A DNA stretch of 64,000 bases, taken from the IMG/VR virus record IMGVR_UViG_3300028588_000001, positions 15,800 to 79,799 of that record. One strand, 5' to 3'. The notes beneath the pieces are model-generated. The model was not told where the DNA came from. It was given only the letters and a program-made list of their open reading frames with translations, and made no database searches. Below, piece after piece: positions 1 to 8,659 of this stretch (position 1 is the first letter of the stretch; the number at the start of each line of letters is the position of its first letter). The translations under genes were made by a program, and so were the position numbers. The DNA is from a virus (taxonomy: Duplodnaviria > Caudoviricetes).

Positions 1-683
1 TCGTCCGTGCCGATCAGCGTAGGGCGCGCATCCCAGATCGGGCTCACCATGGGGTCAGCCTTGCCGGCCGTCGGCAGAGCAATGATCTGTCCGCCGGTGG
101 CCTCTTCGCCGGTCGTGTCCTCGTACATGAGCTGGTAGGCGCCGAGCTGGGCGGACTTGCCCTTGCGGATAACCTCGCCGTTCTCGATCAGGCGCGCGCC
201 GCTCTTCAAGTCGGGGATGACGGCGCCGGCGTGGCCGATGGCGACCCGGGCGCGGTCCATGCTCCCGGTCAGGCGGATCGTGATGCCGTTGCCGCAGTCG
301 ATGTCCATCGGCTTCATCGTCATTTCGACGGCCTTGAACTCGAACAGTGGCGAGATCTGCATGCAGTACTTGGTCGTCAGCGACAGCCCGACCTTTTCCG
401 CCTCGCGCATCGTGATCGAGGTGTCCCGCTTGTGGTCGACCTCGCCCTCGGGGTGGTGCAGCGTGTGCATGAAGGCATCGCCAGCGTCCAGCGCGGAGAT
501 CGGTGCGCCGTCGATGCGCGCCTGATCGAACGCCGCGGTGCCGGCGTGCACGGCCGTGCCCAGGCTCGCGCGCAGCGTCGACGGTCGGCGCATGCCGAGA
601 AGGTGCTCGCCTTCCCACTTATAGGCGCAGTCGAACAGGCTTCCCCATGAGGATGCCCGGACGGTGACAATCCGGTTGGTCAT
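1..683 (-). CDS. PD-(D/E)XK (RecB-like) exonuclease, 3' end outside the window
   Basis: Translated by hand from ATG 683: MTNRIVTVRASSWGSLFDCAYKW...SLGTAVH...GSMDR...IPDLKSG...QLGAYQL. Not in the ORF track because it has no stop in the window. Confidence 0.8.
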   Translation of the reverse strand, partial: MTNRIVTVRASSWGSLFDCAYKWEGEHLLGMRRPSTLRASLGTAVHAGTAAFDQARIDGAPISALDAGDAFMHTLHHPEGEVDHKRDTSITMREAEKVGLSLTTKYCMQISPLFEFKAVEMTMKPMDIDCGNGITIRLTGSMDRARVAIGHAGAVIPDLKSGARLIENGEVIRKGKSAQLGAYQLMYEDTTGEEATGGQIIALPTAGKADPMVSPIWDARPTLIGTD

Positions 684-892
684 CGATCGACGTGGGCGGC
701 GCAGGACGGCGGCGGCGTGTCAGGGGTGCGCGGGATCTGGTTGATGGCGAACAGCAGCGCACACACGACTACGAGGAAAGCCGCATAAAGCGTCTTGTGC
801 ATGCCGTCGAGTGGTTGCGCGCATGGCGGGGCGATGCAGGCCTTGCTGGCCTCATCGGGTACGAACGGAGCGCTGGCGGTAGTGGTGGTCAT
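680..892 (-). CDS. Small hypothetical membrane protein
   Basis: 70 aa with one hydrophobic segment (LYAAFLVVVCALLFAI). ATGA overlap with the nuclease start. Confidence 0.6.
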   Translation of the reverse strand: MTTTTASAPFVPDEASKACIAPPCAQPLDGMHKTLYAAFLVVVCALLFAINQIPRTPDTPPPSCAAHVDR

Positions 893-929
893 GGCGGGTG
901 GTCGGGCCGCGAGGTCTTGGCGGTGGTGG

Positions 930-1175
930 TCAGGAATCGCAGCCCGGGGAGCGGGTGCAATAATGTTTGCCGGCGCAATCGCGTGGTTGCAGGCAGTAAG
1001 GCGGCCAGCTGGACGGCAGGCCGGGGAGAACGGGCTCGGCTAGGAAATAGATGGGGCGGGCGGTAGCAGGGCGGATTCCGCGTGCTTGCTCGCCCAGGTC
1101 GAGTGCATGGATGGCGTCATGAGCTTCGATGCTTGCGCCGAAACCTGATTCCCAATCTAGCCAGAAGCTTGCCAT
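930..1175 (-). CDS. Hypothetical protein
   Basis: 81 aa, AAGGA RBS 8 nt upstream, first gene after the AT-rich region. Confidence 0.45.
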   Translation of the reverse strand: MASFWLDWESGFGASIEAHDAIHALDLGEQARGIRPATARPIYFLAEPVLPGLPSSWPPYCLQPRDCAGKHYCTRSPGCDS

Positions 1176-1324
1176 CCAATTTGTCCTTGTCGAACGTCAA
1201 CGAAAAGAACATTATGGTAGGGCAATTTACAATTTCATTGGTAATTGATACTTGACAACTTTCCACGAGTTGTATTGAGGCATCAACATTGCTAAATAGA
1301 AATGCAATTATCTTCCAAAAAATA

Positions 1325-1340
1325 CTGTATGGATGTACAG
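1325..1340. promoter_or_regulatory. LexA (SOS) box
   Basis: CTGTATGGATGTACAG fits CTGT-N8-ACAG and lies in an AT-rich intergenic region next to cI. Confidence 0.85.
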
Positions 1341-1587
1341 GAATGTGAGAATTGGAGATAATCTCAGGGCATGAAAGGGGTTATCATGCACGTAGGATAA
1401 AGATTACGAGTTGGAAAGCTAATATCCTATTTGCAAGAGTGTTGCGCGGAACCAACCAAAATATTTTACCGTTGCGCGTGGCATGAAAGCTCTGGCAAAG
1501 TACCGCTCCTGAATTCCAATCAGGCAATGCAAATTGTCCGAATGCAGGAAGAAGATGGCACTATTTCAACGATGCTGCTGAGAGAGA

Positions 1588-1794
1588 ATGATGAAACAAC
1601 AAAACGTGGGCGTTGCGGGGACGAGCGCCCAGGACGGCCAAGAGATTGCCGGCCTGTGCGTGCAGCTGTCGGAAAAATCGCGAGCGTATATTGGGCGCCT
1701 TGCGCGCGCCTTGCTCATGGAAGAGCAGGCAACGGCAGGCCAGCAGGCCAGCAGGCCCGGCTTGCGTTTAGTTGTCGGAGGCATGCCGGCGTAA
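1588..1794 (+). CDS. Small hypothetical protein, candidate SOS-controlled antirepressor
   Basis: 68 aa, downstream of the LexA box, convergent with and overlapping the 3' end of cI. Function is inferred only. Confidence 0.45.
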   Translation: MMKQQNVGVAGTSAQDGQEIAGLCVQLSEKSRAYIGRLARALLMEEQATAGQQASRPGLRLVVGGMPA

Positions 1795-2160
1795 TAGTTC
1801 AGCAACCGGCGTTTTCTCGGCAACGCGAGCGGAGGTGCGGATCATGTGCTTCCCTTCGCTTGTGCATCTTCGATAGTCCTGAATCAACAGGTGTTCATCT
1901 TCAACTAGATATTCCAGAACCGGCTCCATCTGGCGCGCGGGCGGCTTGGCAGGTGCCATCTCGCCATACCTCAACCAATGAGGCGTGACTTCCAGAAACT
2001 CAGCGATTTTAATCAAGCGGTCCTCGTGCGGATTGACCCCATCGGCCACCCAGGTGCGTGCGGTTTGCGGGTTCACTCCAACATAGCGGGCCAGCTCGGA
2101 TATCGCGCCCCGGCCTCTCTTGTTCAGCTCAGCGCGCAATCGATCTTGTAATGTTTTCAT
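1768..2160 (-). CDS. cI: CI-like XRE helix-turn-helix repressor without S24 peptidase domain
   Basis: MKTLQDRLRAEL...ISELARYVGVNPQTARTWVADGVNP...LIKIAEFLEVTPHWLRYG. GGAGG RBS, 130 aa, divergent from the early operon. Confidence 0.85.
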   Translation of the reverse strand: MKTLQDRLRAELNKRGRGAISELARYVGVNPQTARTWVADGVNPHEDRLIKIAEFLEVTPHWLRYGEMAPAKPPARQMEPVLEYLVEDEHLLIQDYRRCTSEGKHMIRTSARVAEKTPVAELLRRHASDN

Positions 2161-2195
2161 GTTTATAGGATACCTCCTATTCAATTGCTTGACTA

Positions 2196-2219
2196 CAATT
2201 ACAAATATCGTTTGTATTG
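2196..2219. promoter_or_regulatory. Putative repressor operator (inverted repeat) between cI and the rightward operon
   Basis: CAATTACAAA-tatcg-TTTGTATTG imperfect inverted repeat in the AT-rich divergent intergenic region. Confidence 0.45.
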
Positions 2220-2302
2220 TCGTCGTAACTTTGCAATTTGAACTGTTAAAAGGTTTTTTTTTAGGGCTGAAACCTGCTGCACTGCCTGAAAACTGTACGC
2301 CT

Positions 2303-2728
2303 ATGTCGACCACCATTCAAGAACGAGTCCGCCTGCAGGTGCGCGAGATCCTAGCCGGAAAGCCAGCTGGGCTGTCGGCCGCCGAGATCAATCGGGCGGT
2401 GCGGGATGCACTTTGCGATGAAGAGTACAGCCGCGCGATTCTGTCCGACGTGCTGGCCGAAATGGAATCGGCCAGCCAGATCGACAGCGATCGCCGCGCC
2501 GGCGTGCCACACAGTCATTTGCAGTATTTCCTGTGTGGGAAAGGCCCTGGCGGGCGCGTGCGCGTAGTGCCGGCGTCCACCGTGCCATTGCCTCCCATGG
2601 AAAAGCAATCGTGGGTGTCGCCGCTGGATATTTTCTGCTTGACCGTGGCCGCCCAGGTCGAAGCACGGCCGGCGCCAAGGTCCACCTGGCTGTCTGCGCT
2701 TGCTGTCGACCCGGAGGCAGTTGTATGA
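2303..2728 (+). CDS. Hypothetical protein, possibly winged-helix, in the Cro position
   Basis: 141 aa from ATG 2303. GLSAAEINRAV...LSDVLAEME looks wHTH-like. ATGA coupling to the next gene. Confidence 0.65.
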   Translation: MSTTIQERVRLQVREILAGKPAGLSAAEINRAVRDALCDEEYSRAILSDVLAEMESASQIDSDRRAGVPHSHLQYFLCGKGPGGRVRVVPASTVPLPPMEKQSWVSPLDIFCLTVAAQVEARPAPRSTWLSALAVDPEAVV

Positions 2729-3258
2729 CCGCGCTCGCCGCATCCCCTGGCGACGAATTCGAGCTGCTCGACGCTGAGCGCGCCGAGTTCAAGCTGCGCC
2801 GTTTCCTATTGCGCACCAAGGCCGAGCTGATGCAGCTGGTGGCGGCGCTTCGGTTCATCCCGCTCGACGCCGCCCGGCCTCTGGAAGTCTTGATACAGGA
2901 GCAGGAGGAAGGGCGCGGGCTGAGCGCAAATGCCCTCATGTGGGCTGGTCCGCTGCACGACATCGAGCAACAGGCCTGGATGGTCGTGGACGGGGTGCGC
3001 CGGCGCTTCCGTGCTGAAGTTTGGCACGAGTATTTCAAGCGCGAATACCTGCCCGAGCATCCGACGCCCGGCATGACCCGCAAGGGCTATGCGAAGTGGG
3101 CCATGGACCCGAGTAACAACCGGGTGATGGTCGGCAGCACAACGATGCTCACCAAGAAAGGCTTTGCCGAATACCTTACCCAAGTCGAGGCCCACGGTGC
3201 GAGCCTGGGCGTCATGTACCACGCGAATCCTAACGAACTACCGGCACTGCCGTACTGA
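2725..3258 (+). CDS. ninB: NinB/Orf-family recombination protein
   Basis: SANALMWAGPLHDI...WHEYFK...GSTTMLTKKGFAEYLTQVEAHGASLGV matches the NinB pattern. Confidence 0.8.
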   Translation: MTALAASPGDEFELLDAERAEFKLRRFLLRTKAELMQLVAALRFIPLDAARPLEVLIQEQEEGRGLSANALMWAGPLHDIEQQAWMVVDGVRRRFRAEVWHEYFKREYLPEHPTPGMTRKGYAKWAMDPSNNRVMVGSTTMLTKKGFAEYLTQVEAHGASLGVMYHANPNELPALPY

Positions 3259-3264
3259 GGACTC

Positions 3265-3675
3265 ATGAATCACTCCCACACCAATGAAACATCCGACGCC
3301 GTATCCACCCTTGACCTGGGTGCGCTGACCGTGCCGTTCGCGCTGACTGCCGCCGCTGTGCCGCTGCGGGGCGACTTCATATTTCCCGACAAGGACGGCG
3401 CCGACATGCTGCGCATCACGCCGACGGGAATCGTGTTCCGCGGCGAGGCCGTGGTCGACGCCGGCGCTGTCTACAACGCGCTGGCCGCGACCATGAACAT
3501 CGAGGCGCCGGGTGTGATCTTCTTCCGCAACCGCAGCATAGACGGGATCTGGGTCGAGGCCGATGAGCACGTCATCGACATCATCCAGAACTCCGAGGTG
3601 CGCGAGAACTACGAGCTGTGCGTGATGCGCAAGTGCACGGGCTCGACCGTGCCGGCGCGCGGGCTCCCCGCGTGA
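3265..3675 (+). CDS. Hypothetical protein
   Basis: 136 aa, GAGG RBS, GTGA overlap with the next gene. Confidence 0.6.
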   Translation: MNHSHTNETSDAVSTLDLGALTVPFALTAAAVPLRGDFIFPDKDGADMLRITPTGIVFRGEAVVDAGAVYNALAATMNIEAPGVIFFRNRSIDGIWVEADEHVIDIIQNSEVRENYELCVMRKCTGSTVPARGLPA

Positions 3676-4115
3676 AACGCTCTCCCATGCCGGCCAGGAA
3701 AAAACCGATGTCGTCCGGTGGCGGCATCTTAAAGCGTTCGGCCATGCCGCGCGCTGGCGGTCTCGCGAGCAAGTTGAGCCGCCCGATCCTGCGCAGGTCG
3801 AAGGGTCCCAAGATGACGCCGATCCGGCGCTCGGCGCAGGGCGAAGACTGCACGCTGCGCTTCCCCGGGATCTGCCGCAATCGCACCGACACGACGGTCT
3901 GGGCGCACTCCAACCAGCTCGCGGACGGCAAGGGCATGGGACTGAAAGCAAATGACGAGGCGGGCTGCTATGCCTGCTTCGAGTGCCACTCGTTCCTTGA
4001 TGGCGGCTGGGCCGCGCTCAAGGAATGGACGTGGGACATGGTTCAACGATTTTTCAAGGTCGCGCGCGAACGAAGCCGCGCGCGATTGCAGCACAAAGGC
4101 TTGGTTGCAGCATGA
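3672..4115 (+). CDS. DUF1364/YbcO-like putative His-Cys nuclease
   Basis: IRRSAQGEDCTLRFPGIC...TTVWAHSN...GKGMGLKAND...YACFECHSFLDG. GTG start at 3672. Confidence 0.8.
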   Translation: MKRSPMPARKKPMSSGGGILKRSAMPRAGGLASKLSRPILRRSKGPKMTPIRRSAQGEDCTLRFPGICRNRTDTTVWAHSNQLADGKGMGLKANDEAGCYACFECHSFLDGGWAALKEWTWDMVQRFFKVARERSRARLQHKGLVAA

Positions 4116-5110
4116 TCCATTATTTCGACATCGGACACGCCCAGGAGCACGGCGTGATCGAGGCAGTCTTGATCCAGAACCTCTCGTTCTGGATCTCGCA
4201 CAACAAGGCCAATAACACGCATTTCTACCAGGGGCGGACGTGGACCTACAACACGATCGCGGCGTTCGGCGAGCTGTTCCCCTACCTCTCGACTTCGCAG
4301 ATCCGGCGCGCCATGGATGGGCTGATCGCGAAGGGCGTTGTCCTCGCTGGCAACTTCAACGCGCGTGCCGTCGACCGCACGAAATGGTATGCGTTTGCCG
4401 ACGAATGCAATTTCCTAATTCAGCAAGTCCATTTGCCGATTCCAGCAAATGCAGTTGCGGGTTTCGGAAAGTCGTTAACAAGAACAGATGGAAACCAGCA
4501 GAAAGTAAACGCAGATCGTCCTGATGGAGCGCGAGCATCGCGCCTCGCCCCGGACTGGACTTTGCCGAAATCCTGGGGCGATTGGGCGCTGGCAGAGTTC
4601 CCGAGCTGGACGGCGGACTACGTGCGACTGGTCGCCGAGAAATTCCACGACCACTGGATCGCACAACCGAAATCGAAAGGCGTCAAGGCGGACTGGCTGG
4701 CGACGTGGCGGAACTGGTGCCGGAACGAGCCGGGCCCGAAGAAGGAAGGCGCCGGTACCGGCGGCGCGTGGTGGGCCAGCGAGGCATCCATCAAGGCGAA
4801 AGGGGCGTCGATGGGCATGCGCCCGATCGGCAACGAATCTTGGCAGGACTTCAAGAGCCGAATCCAAGCCGCGATCGACAACGGAGGGGTGCCGCCATCG
4901 GCCGGCCCCAGCCGCCTCCCGCAGCCGTACACGCCATTGCCCGAGGACGGCGGCCCGCCCGAGGACGATGCGCCGCCCGAGCATGTGGACCCGCCCCAGG
5001 ATGGGCCGCCTCGCAAGGGCGGTGGCGGGGTGCAGGCAGTCATCGAAAATTTGAAAGTTCTGACCAACGTACGACCAAAACGACAGGACCCGCCGCATGA
5101 CCAAGCGTAG
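4112..5110 (+). CDS. Phage replication initiator (O-like, N-terminal wHTH)
   Basis: GRTWTYNTIAAFGELFPYLSTSQIRRAMDGLIAKG...DRTKWY, plus a C-terminal KFHDHW...DWLATWRNW motif typical of phage initiators. Confidence 0.75.
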   Translation: MIHYFDIGHAQEHGVIEAVLIQNLSFWISHNKANNTHFYQGRTWTYNTIAAFGELFPYLSTSQIRRAMDGLIAKGVVLAGNFNARAVDRTKWYAFADECNFLIQQVHLPIPANAVAGFGKSLTRTDGNQQKVNADRPDGARASRLAPDWTLPKSWGDWALAEFPSWTADYVRLVAEKFHDHWIAQPKSKGVKADWLATWRNWCRNEPGPKKEGAGTGGAWWASEASIKAKGASMGMRPIGNESWQDFKSRIQAAIDNGGVPPSAGPSRLPQPYTPLPEDGGPPEDDAPPEHVDPPQDGPPRKGGGGVQAVIENLKVLTNVRPKRQDPPHDQA

Positions 5111-5372
5111 CTATTCCGATGTGTCCGCGCCCGGCTATAACGCCAATGGGCTGCTCGATGTCGTCATGGCGCGATGCAAGCTCAAGAACGATCACGCGCT
5201 TTCGATCACGCTGGAGATCGCGCCGTCGATGATCAGCAAGATTCGCCACCATGCGCTGCCCGTCGGCCCCTCGGTCGTCCTGCGAATCCACGAGCAGGCC
5301 AACATGCCGGTCGCCCTGATTCGCGAGTACCTGGGCATGCCGCCGGCGTCGAAGATGGAGCCGGCGAAGTGA
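5097..5372 (+). CDS. Small HTH DNA-binding protein (family common in Oxalobacteraceae)
   Basis: YNANGLLDVVMARCKLKNDHALSITLEIAPSMISKIRHHALPVGPSVVLRIHE. Confidence 0.75.
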   Translation: MTKRSYSDVSAPGYNANGLLDVVMARCKLKNDHALSITLEIAPSMISKIRHHALPVGPSVVLRIHEQANMPVALIREYLGMPPASKMEPAK

Positions 5373-5605
5373 TGTGCGACCTCTGCATCGCCATGGGCGG
5401 CCGGTTCGATGCGAACCGCGAATGCTGCCAGATCCGGCTCGCGGCCGCGCTGCCCCAGCACATGAAGCTGGCCGCGTTCGAGAAGGTGCGCAGGGAGTCC
5501 GGCACGGTGGCGGAAGAAGCGTTCAAGGAACGGGTGCGCGCCGAGTACGTGCGTCAACGAGAACACCGCCGCGCGAAGGCCCGGCAACACCTGGAAGCAG
5601 CATGA
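5372..5605 (+). CDS. Hypothetical protein with CxxC and CC motifs
   Basis: MCDLCIAMGG...ECCQIRL, 77 aa, translationally coupled on both sides. Confidence 0.6.
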   Translation: MCDLCIAMGGRFDANRECCQIRLAAALPQHMKLAAFEKVRRESGTVAEEAFKERVRAEYVRQREHRRAKARQHLEAA

Positions 5606-6153
5606 GCACGAAGTCGAAGTCGAAGCGTAACGATCGCAGCAAGAAGGGCGCGGTCTCGCGCCGGATGGCCAGCGTCAGCCACGCCGGTGCAGCCGCCAGC
5701 ATCATGAGCATGCTCGGCCACCACGCAGTTATCGAGGCGGGGTTTGCCGAGCCGATATCGGAGCTGTTGCGCATCGAGCGCGGCATCAAAAACTGGATGG
5801 CCCTGCACCTGATCAAAACCAGCTCGGCCGTCACCGAATACACATGGATGCCCTTATGCGAGGCCGTGAACATCGGAATGATTCTGTCGGAGCGCGGCAT
5901 CGGCGCCGAGTACGAAGCATCGTTCCTTGCCGCACAAGAGGCGATCACACGCGCCTGGACGCGATCGGGGCAGCATGGGATAGCAAGGCTGGACGGCGCC
6001 GGCATGTCGGAGATCGCGCTGGCCCTGGAAGTCCACGACGGCCAGCTTGAGCTTGCGATGCGCGGGCAGCTCGCGGCCGCAGATAGTGAAATGCGGCGGC
6101 GGTCTGCAAAGGGCAACGTCGTCCGCGTCGAAGAGCAGCGCAAAGCAGCATAA
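5602..6153 (+). CDS. Hypothetical phage protein
   Basis: 183 aa from ATG 5602 (ATGA overlap), GC3-biased codons. Confidence 0.7.
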   Translation: MSTKSKSKRNDRSKKGAVSRRMASVSHAGAAASIMSMLGHHAVIEAGFAEPISELLRIERGIKNWMALHLIKTSSAVTEYTWMPLCEAVNIGMILSERGIGAEYEASFLAAQEAITRAWTRSGQHGIARLDGAGMSEIALALEVHDGQLELAMRGQLAAADSEMRRRSAKGNVVRVEEQRKAA

Positions 6154-6184
6154 CAATTCAACCACCACCCGAAGGAAAAGCAGC

Positions 6185-6868
6185 ATGCAACAAGCACAGA
6201 AAACCGAAGCCAAGCCCGTCCTGATGTCGTTCTACAGCGACGACGACAAGTCGGCCTGGCTGGCCGGCCGTGACCTCGACCAGCTCGAACTCTGGGAGCG
6301 CGCCTGCTTCGAGTGCAATTTCATCCCGCCCGAAACGCGCGCCGAGTTTCTGGCTGCCGAGCCTCACTATCCCCAGCTGGACGCATGGCGAGACAAGGCC
6401 ATCGCCGCGCGCCGTGAACAGTTCGGCGCGGACCTGCGCGAGAAGCTGCGCGCCGGCGGCCTGCCGGAAGAGCTGATCGAGGATGCCGTCCAGCAGACGC
6501 TCGCCGAACTCGGCAACAAGGTGCTGGGCATTCAGCCGGGCGACGTGAAAGTCATGACGGTGGATGCTTCGCAGGCGCCGGAAGATATCGTCGAGTCGGT
6601 GCTGAACGATGATGCGGCAACGCCGGGCGACATCATCGAGGCCTTCAAGGCGCTGATCAAGGTGAAGGAGCGAGTCGAGCGCAACAAGTGCATCGAGCTG
6701 ATCGAAGCCCTGGACCCGGTTGAGGGCAAGCGCTTCGCCGACGCAATCCGCCAGCGCGCGAAAGAAGCCGATGCGTTTGAAGAGGCGCCGTGCGAATGCC
6801 CGCGCTGCACCGCCAAGCGCGAGAAAGCGGCCGCCGCGGCGTCCAGCTCGAAGCCGGCAACGGTCTAA
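6185..6868 (+). CDS. Hypothetical protein with C-terminal CxCxxC
   Basis: 227 aa, AAGGA RBS, strong codon bias. Confidence 0.7.
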   Translation: MQQAQKTEAKPVLMSFYSDDDKSAWLAGRDLDQLELWERACFECNFIPPETRAEFLAAEPHYPQLDAWRDKAIAARREQFGADLREKLRAGGLPEELIEDAVQQTLAELGNKVLGIQPGDVKVMTVDASQAPEDIVESVLNDDAATPGDIIEAFKALIKVKERVERNKCIELIEALDPVEGKRFADAIRQRAKEADAFEEAPCECPRCTAKREKAAAAASSSKPATV

Positions 6869-6913
6869 ACCCATGGCGCGGCCGCCGCGTGCGGCCGCAG
6901 CGAGGCGCGCGAC

Positions 6914-7267
6914 ATGAAGTATCCAACTGCAAATTCCCGGGGCGAGAAGGTTCTACGGACCTTCTTCAAGCATGGCCCCATGACGATCTACCAGTCCACC
7001 GAGATTCATGGGGACTTCGCATCATTGCGCGCGCCGGCCGGCATGAGCCACGACCAGCTGGTCGAGCTGTATGCGGAGCTGGTCGAGCGCGGGTGCCTGA
7101 TACGCGACGGCATCAAGTACAAGCTGTCGACCCGGGCATGGGACCGGACAAAGCTGCTGGAAGAGGGCGTGCCAGTGCTCGAAGTCGCCCAGCCGCGCGC
7201 CCGGAATATCTTCACCGAGCCCATGCTAAATTTCTTTCGTCGGTCGCCGTGGCTGGTTGCCCTCTAA
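6914..7267 (+). CDS. Hypothetical protein (possible wHTH)
   Basis: 117 aa, GAGG RBS, LVELYAELVERGCLIRDGIKYKLS segment. Confidence 0.6.
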   Translation: MKYPTANSRGEKVLRTFFKHGPMTIYQSTEIHGDFASLRAPAGMSHDQLVELYAELVERGCLIRDGIKYKLSTRAWDRTKLLEEGVPVLEVAQPRARNIFTEPMLNFFRRSPWLVAL

Positions 7268-7322
7268 AAAGTAAAGTTCTGGAAAAGCGCTCTTATCATC
7301 CCTGGATCAACGGGAGCGCTTC

Positions 7323-7757
7323 ATGGCACGACGCGAAAAATACGACTTCATTGCAGAACTTTGTACCGAGTGGGTGAGCTGGCTGAAAACACGCCGGTTC
7401 TACATCAACTCGTATTCCACCGGCAGTACGCTGAATGGGTTGGTCAACGGGCCAGGTGGCGGGCGCGAGCTGAACGGCCGCAACTATCCCGACATGCAGT
7501 ACTTCAACATGGCGATCCATACCTGTTCGGACATGGAAAAGTACAAGGACGAGTGGGAGGCCTTCAAGGCGCACTACTTGGGTGAAGGCGAGCGCACCGT
7601 CGCCAAGCGCATTGCGTCCGACCTGGGCGTGTGCCGGCGCACCTATTACAACCACATCAAGAAATTCGCCGAGGCCGCGTATTCGATGAGCTTGAGTCTC
7701 AAGAAGGCCCACGAGACCATGACCAGTGCTGTCGATCGCCCGGCGCTCGTGCAATGA
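7323..7757 (+). CDS. Putative Q-like late antiterminator or transcriptional regulator
   Basis: N-terminal EWVSW and C-terminal HTH (KRIASDLGVCRRTYYNHI). Last regulator of the early operon, and the late region has many intrinsic terminators. Confidence 0.55.
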   Translation: MARREKYDFIAELCTEWVSWLKTRRFYINSYSTGSTLNGLVNGPGGGRELNGRNYPDMQYFNMAIHTCSDMEKYKDEWEAFKAHYLGEGERTVAKRIASDLGVCRRTYYNHIKKFAEAAYSMSLSLKKAHETMTSAVDRPALVQ

Positions 7758-7785
7758 CCAGTTTATCCACCACCGAGAGTAGCGC

Positions 7786-8286
7786 ATGAAAAAGAGTTTG
7801 ATCCCGATGTTCCTGATCCTGGCCGCCACGCTGGCCGGCTGTTCCCGTGACGTGCCGCCAGCGCCGCCGCCGGTGCCGGCGTACCAGCCGGCCGCGCCGA
7901 CTGTCGTGCAGGCCGCCCCGGCCGCCGCCCCGGTCATCGTCAACGCTGCGCCGGCCAGCTCGGGCGCGGGTGACATGCTCGCCGGCGCCGCGCTCGGTGG
8001 CGCAGCCGGCTACATGCTGGGCGCCTCGACGGCGCGTAGCAATGCCCCGCCAGCGCCGGCGGCCGCGCCGGCCACGGTCATCAACAAGACCGTGATCCAC
8101 AAGACCGTCGTGGTGAAGCAGGCGCCGCCGCCACCGCCGCCGCGCCCGGTCGCGCCCGTGCGGGCGCCGGTCTCGCTCGTGAAGTCGTCGCCTGCAGCTC
8201 CCAGCTACCGCGCGCCGTCGACCTCGTACGCGCCGTCGCGCAGCTACGCGCCGTCGACGGTCTCCTATTCGGGCATGCGTAAGTAG
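7786..8286 (+). CDS. Pro/Ala-rich lipoprotein with glycine-zipper segment
   Basis: Signal MKKSLIPMFLILAAT followed by lipobox LAG-C. Contains MLAGAALGGAAGYMLG. Confidence 0.8.
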   Translation: MKKSLIPMFLILAATLAGCSRDVPPAPPPVPAYQPAAPTVVQAAPAAAPVIVNAAPASSGAGDMLAGAALGGAAGYMLGASTARSNAPPAPAAAPATVINKTVIHKTVVVKQAPPPPPPRPVAPVRAPVSLVKSSPAAPSYRAPSTSYAPSRSYAPSTVSYSGMRK

Positions 8287-8289
8287 GCG

Positions 8290-8487
8290 GTGGACCCGAT
8301 CGCGCAGGCCTTCGCGCTGTTCCAGCAGCTGCGCGATCAGCGGACCCACCTATGCGACTACCGCTATACCGAGCTGGCCGCCTTCCGCAAGGCGGTCGAG
8401 TCGCTTCCCCAGCTGCGCGCCGATCGGCCGCGCAAAAGAAAAAGCCGGGTTGCCCCGGCTTCGATCAATCAGGCTGAACGTTCGTAG
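8290..8487 (+). CDS. Hypothetical protein
   Basis: 65 aa, GTG start right after the lipoprotein gene, overlaps the convergent terminator. Confidence 0.35.
   Translation: MDPIAQAFALFQQLRDQRTHLCDYRYTELAAFRKAVESLPQLRADRPRKRKSRVAPASINQAERS
8434..8462 (-). terminator. Intrinsic terminator ending the leftward cassette
   Basis: Minus strand reads GAAGCCGGG-gcaa-CCCGGCTTTTTCTTTT immediately after the 8465 stop. Confidence 0.65.
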
Positions 8488-8659
8488 ACGTTTCGTTCGG
8501 CACGATCCACCAGCGCGCTTCCAGCGTGCACCCTGGCCCGACAGGCTGGCCGGCGTAGGCGTCGTCAGAGTCGCACAGTTCCTCGCTGAACTCGGCAGGA
8601 TCTGCGGAGACCTTCTGCCCGCAATCCATGCAAACGTAGAAGTCCGGTGGCGTGCTCAT
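8465..8659 (-). CDS. Small Cys-containing (Zn-ribbon-like) protein
   Basis: YVCMDCGQ...LC...GC. Coupled to the upstream gene by TAATG. Confidence 0.55.
   Translation of the reverse strand: MSTPPDFYVCMDCGQKVSADPAEFSEELCDSDDAYAGQPVGPGCTLEARWWIVPNETSTNVQPD

Noticed and set aside
55-618. 187-aa ORF-track call at the left edge
   Set aside because: Wrong frame. The real gene is the nuclease starting at 683 that runs off the window.
1-683. Cas4 or CRISPR association of the PD-(D/E)XK nuclease
   Set aside because: Only one Cys near the N-terminus, no C-terminal Fe-S Cys cluster seen, and no repeat-spacer array found anywhere in the window.
1431-1988. 185-aa plus-strand ORF downstream of the LexA box
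   Set aside because: TTG start without RBS, crosses AT-rich regulatory DNA and overlaps cI antisense. The composition is not protein-like.
4430-4520. Possible replication-origin iterons inside the initiator gene
   Set aside because: Only loose A-rich similarity (AAC..CAGA) with no exact repeats. The position is plausible but the sequence does not support a call.
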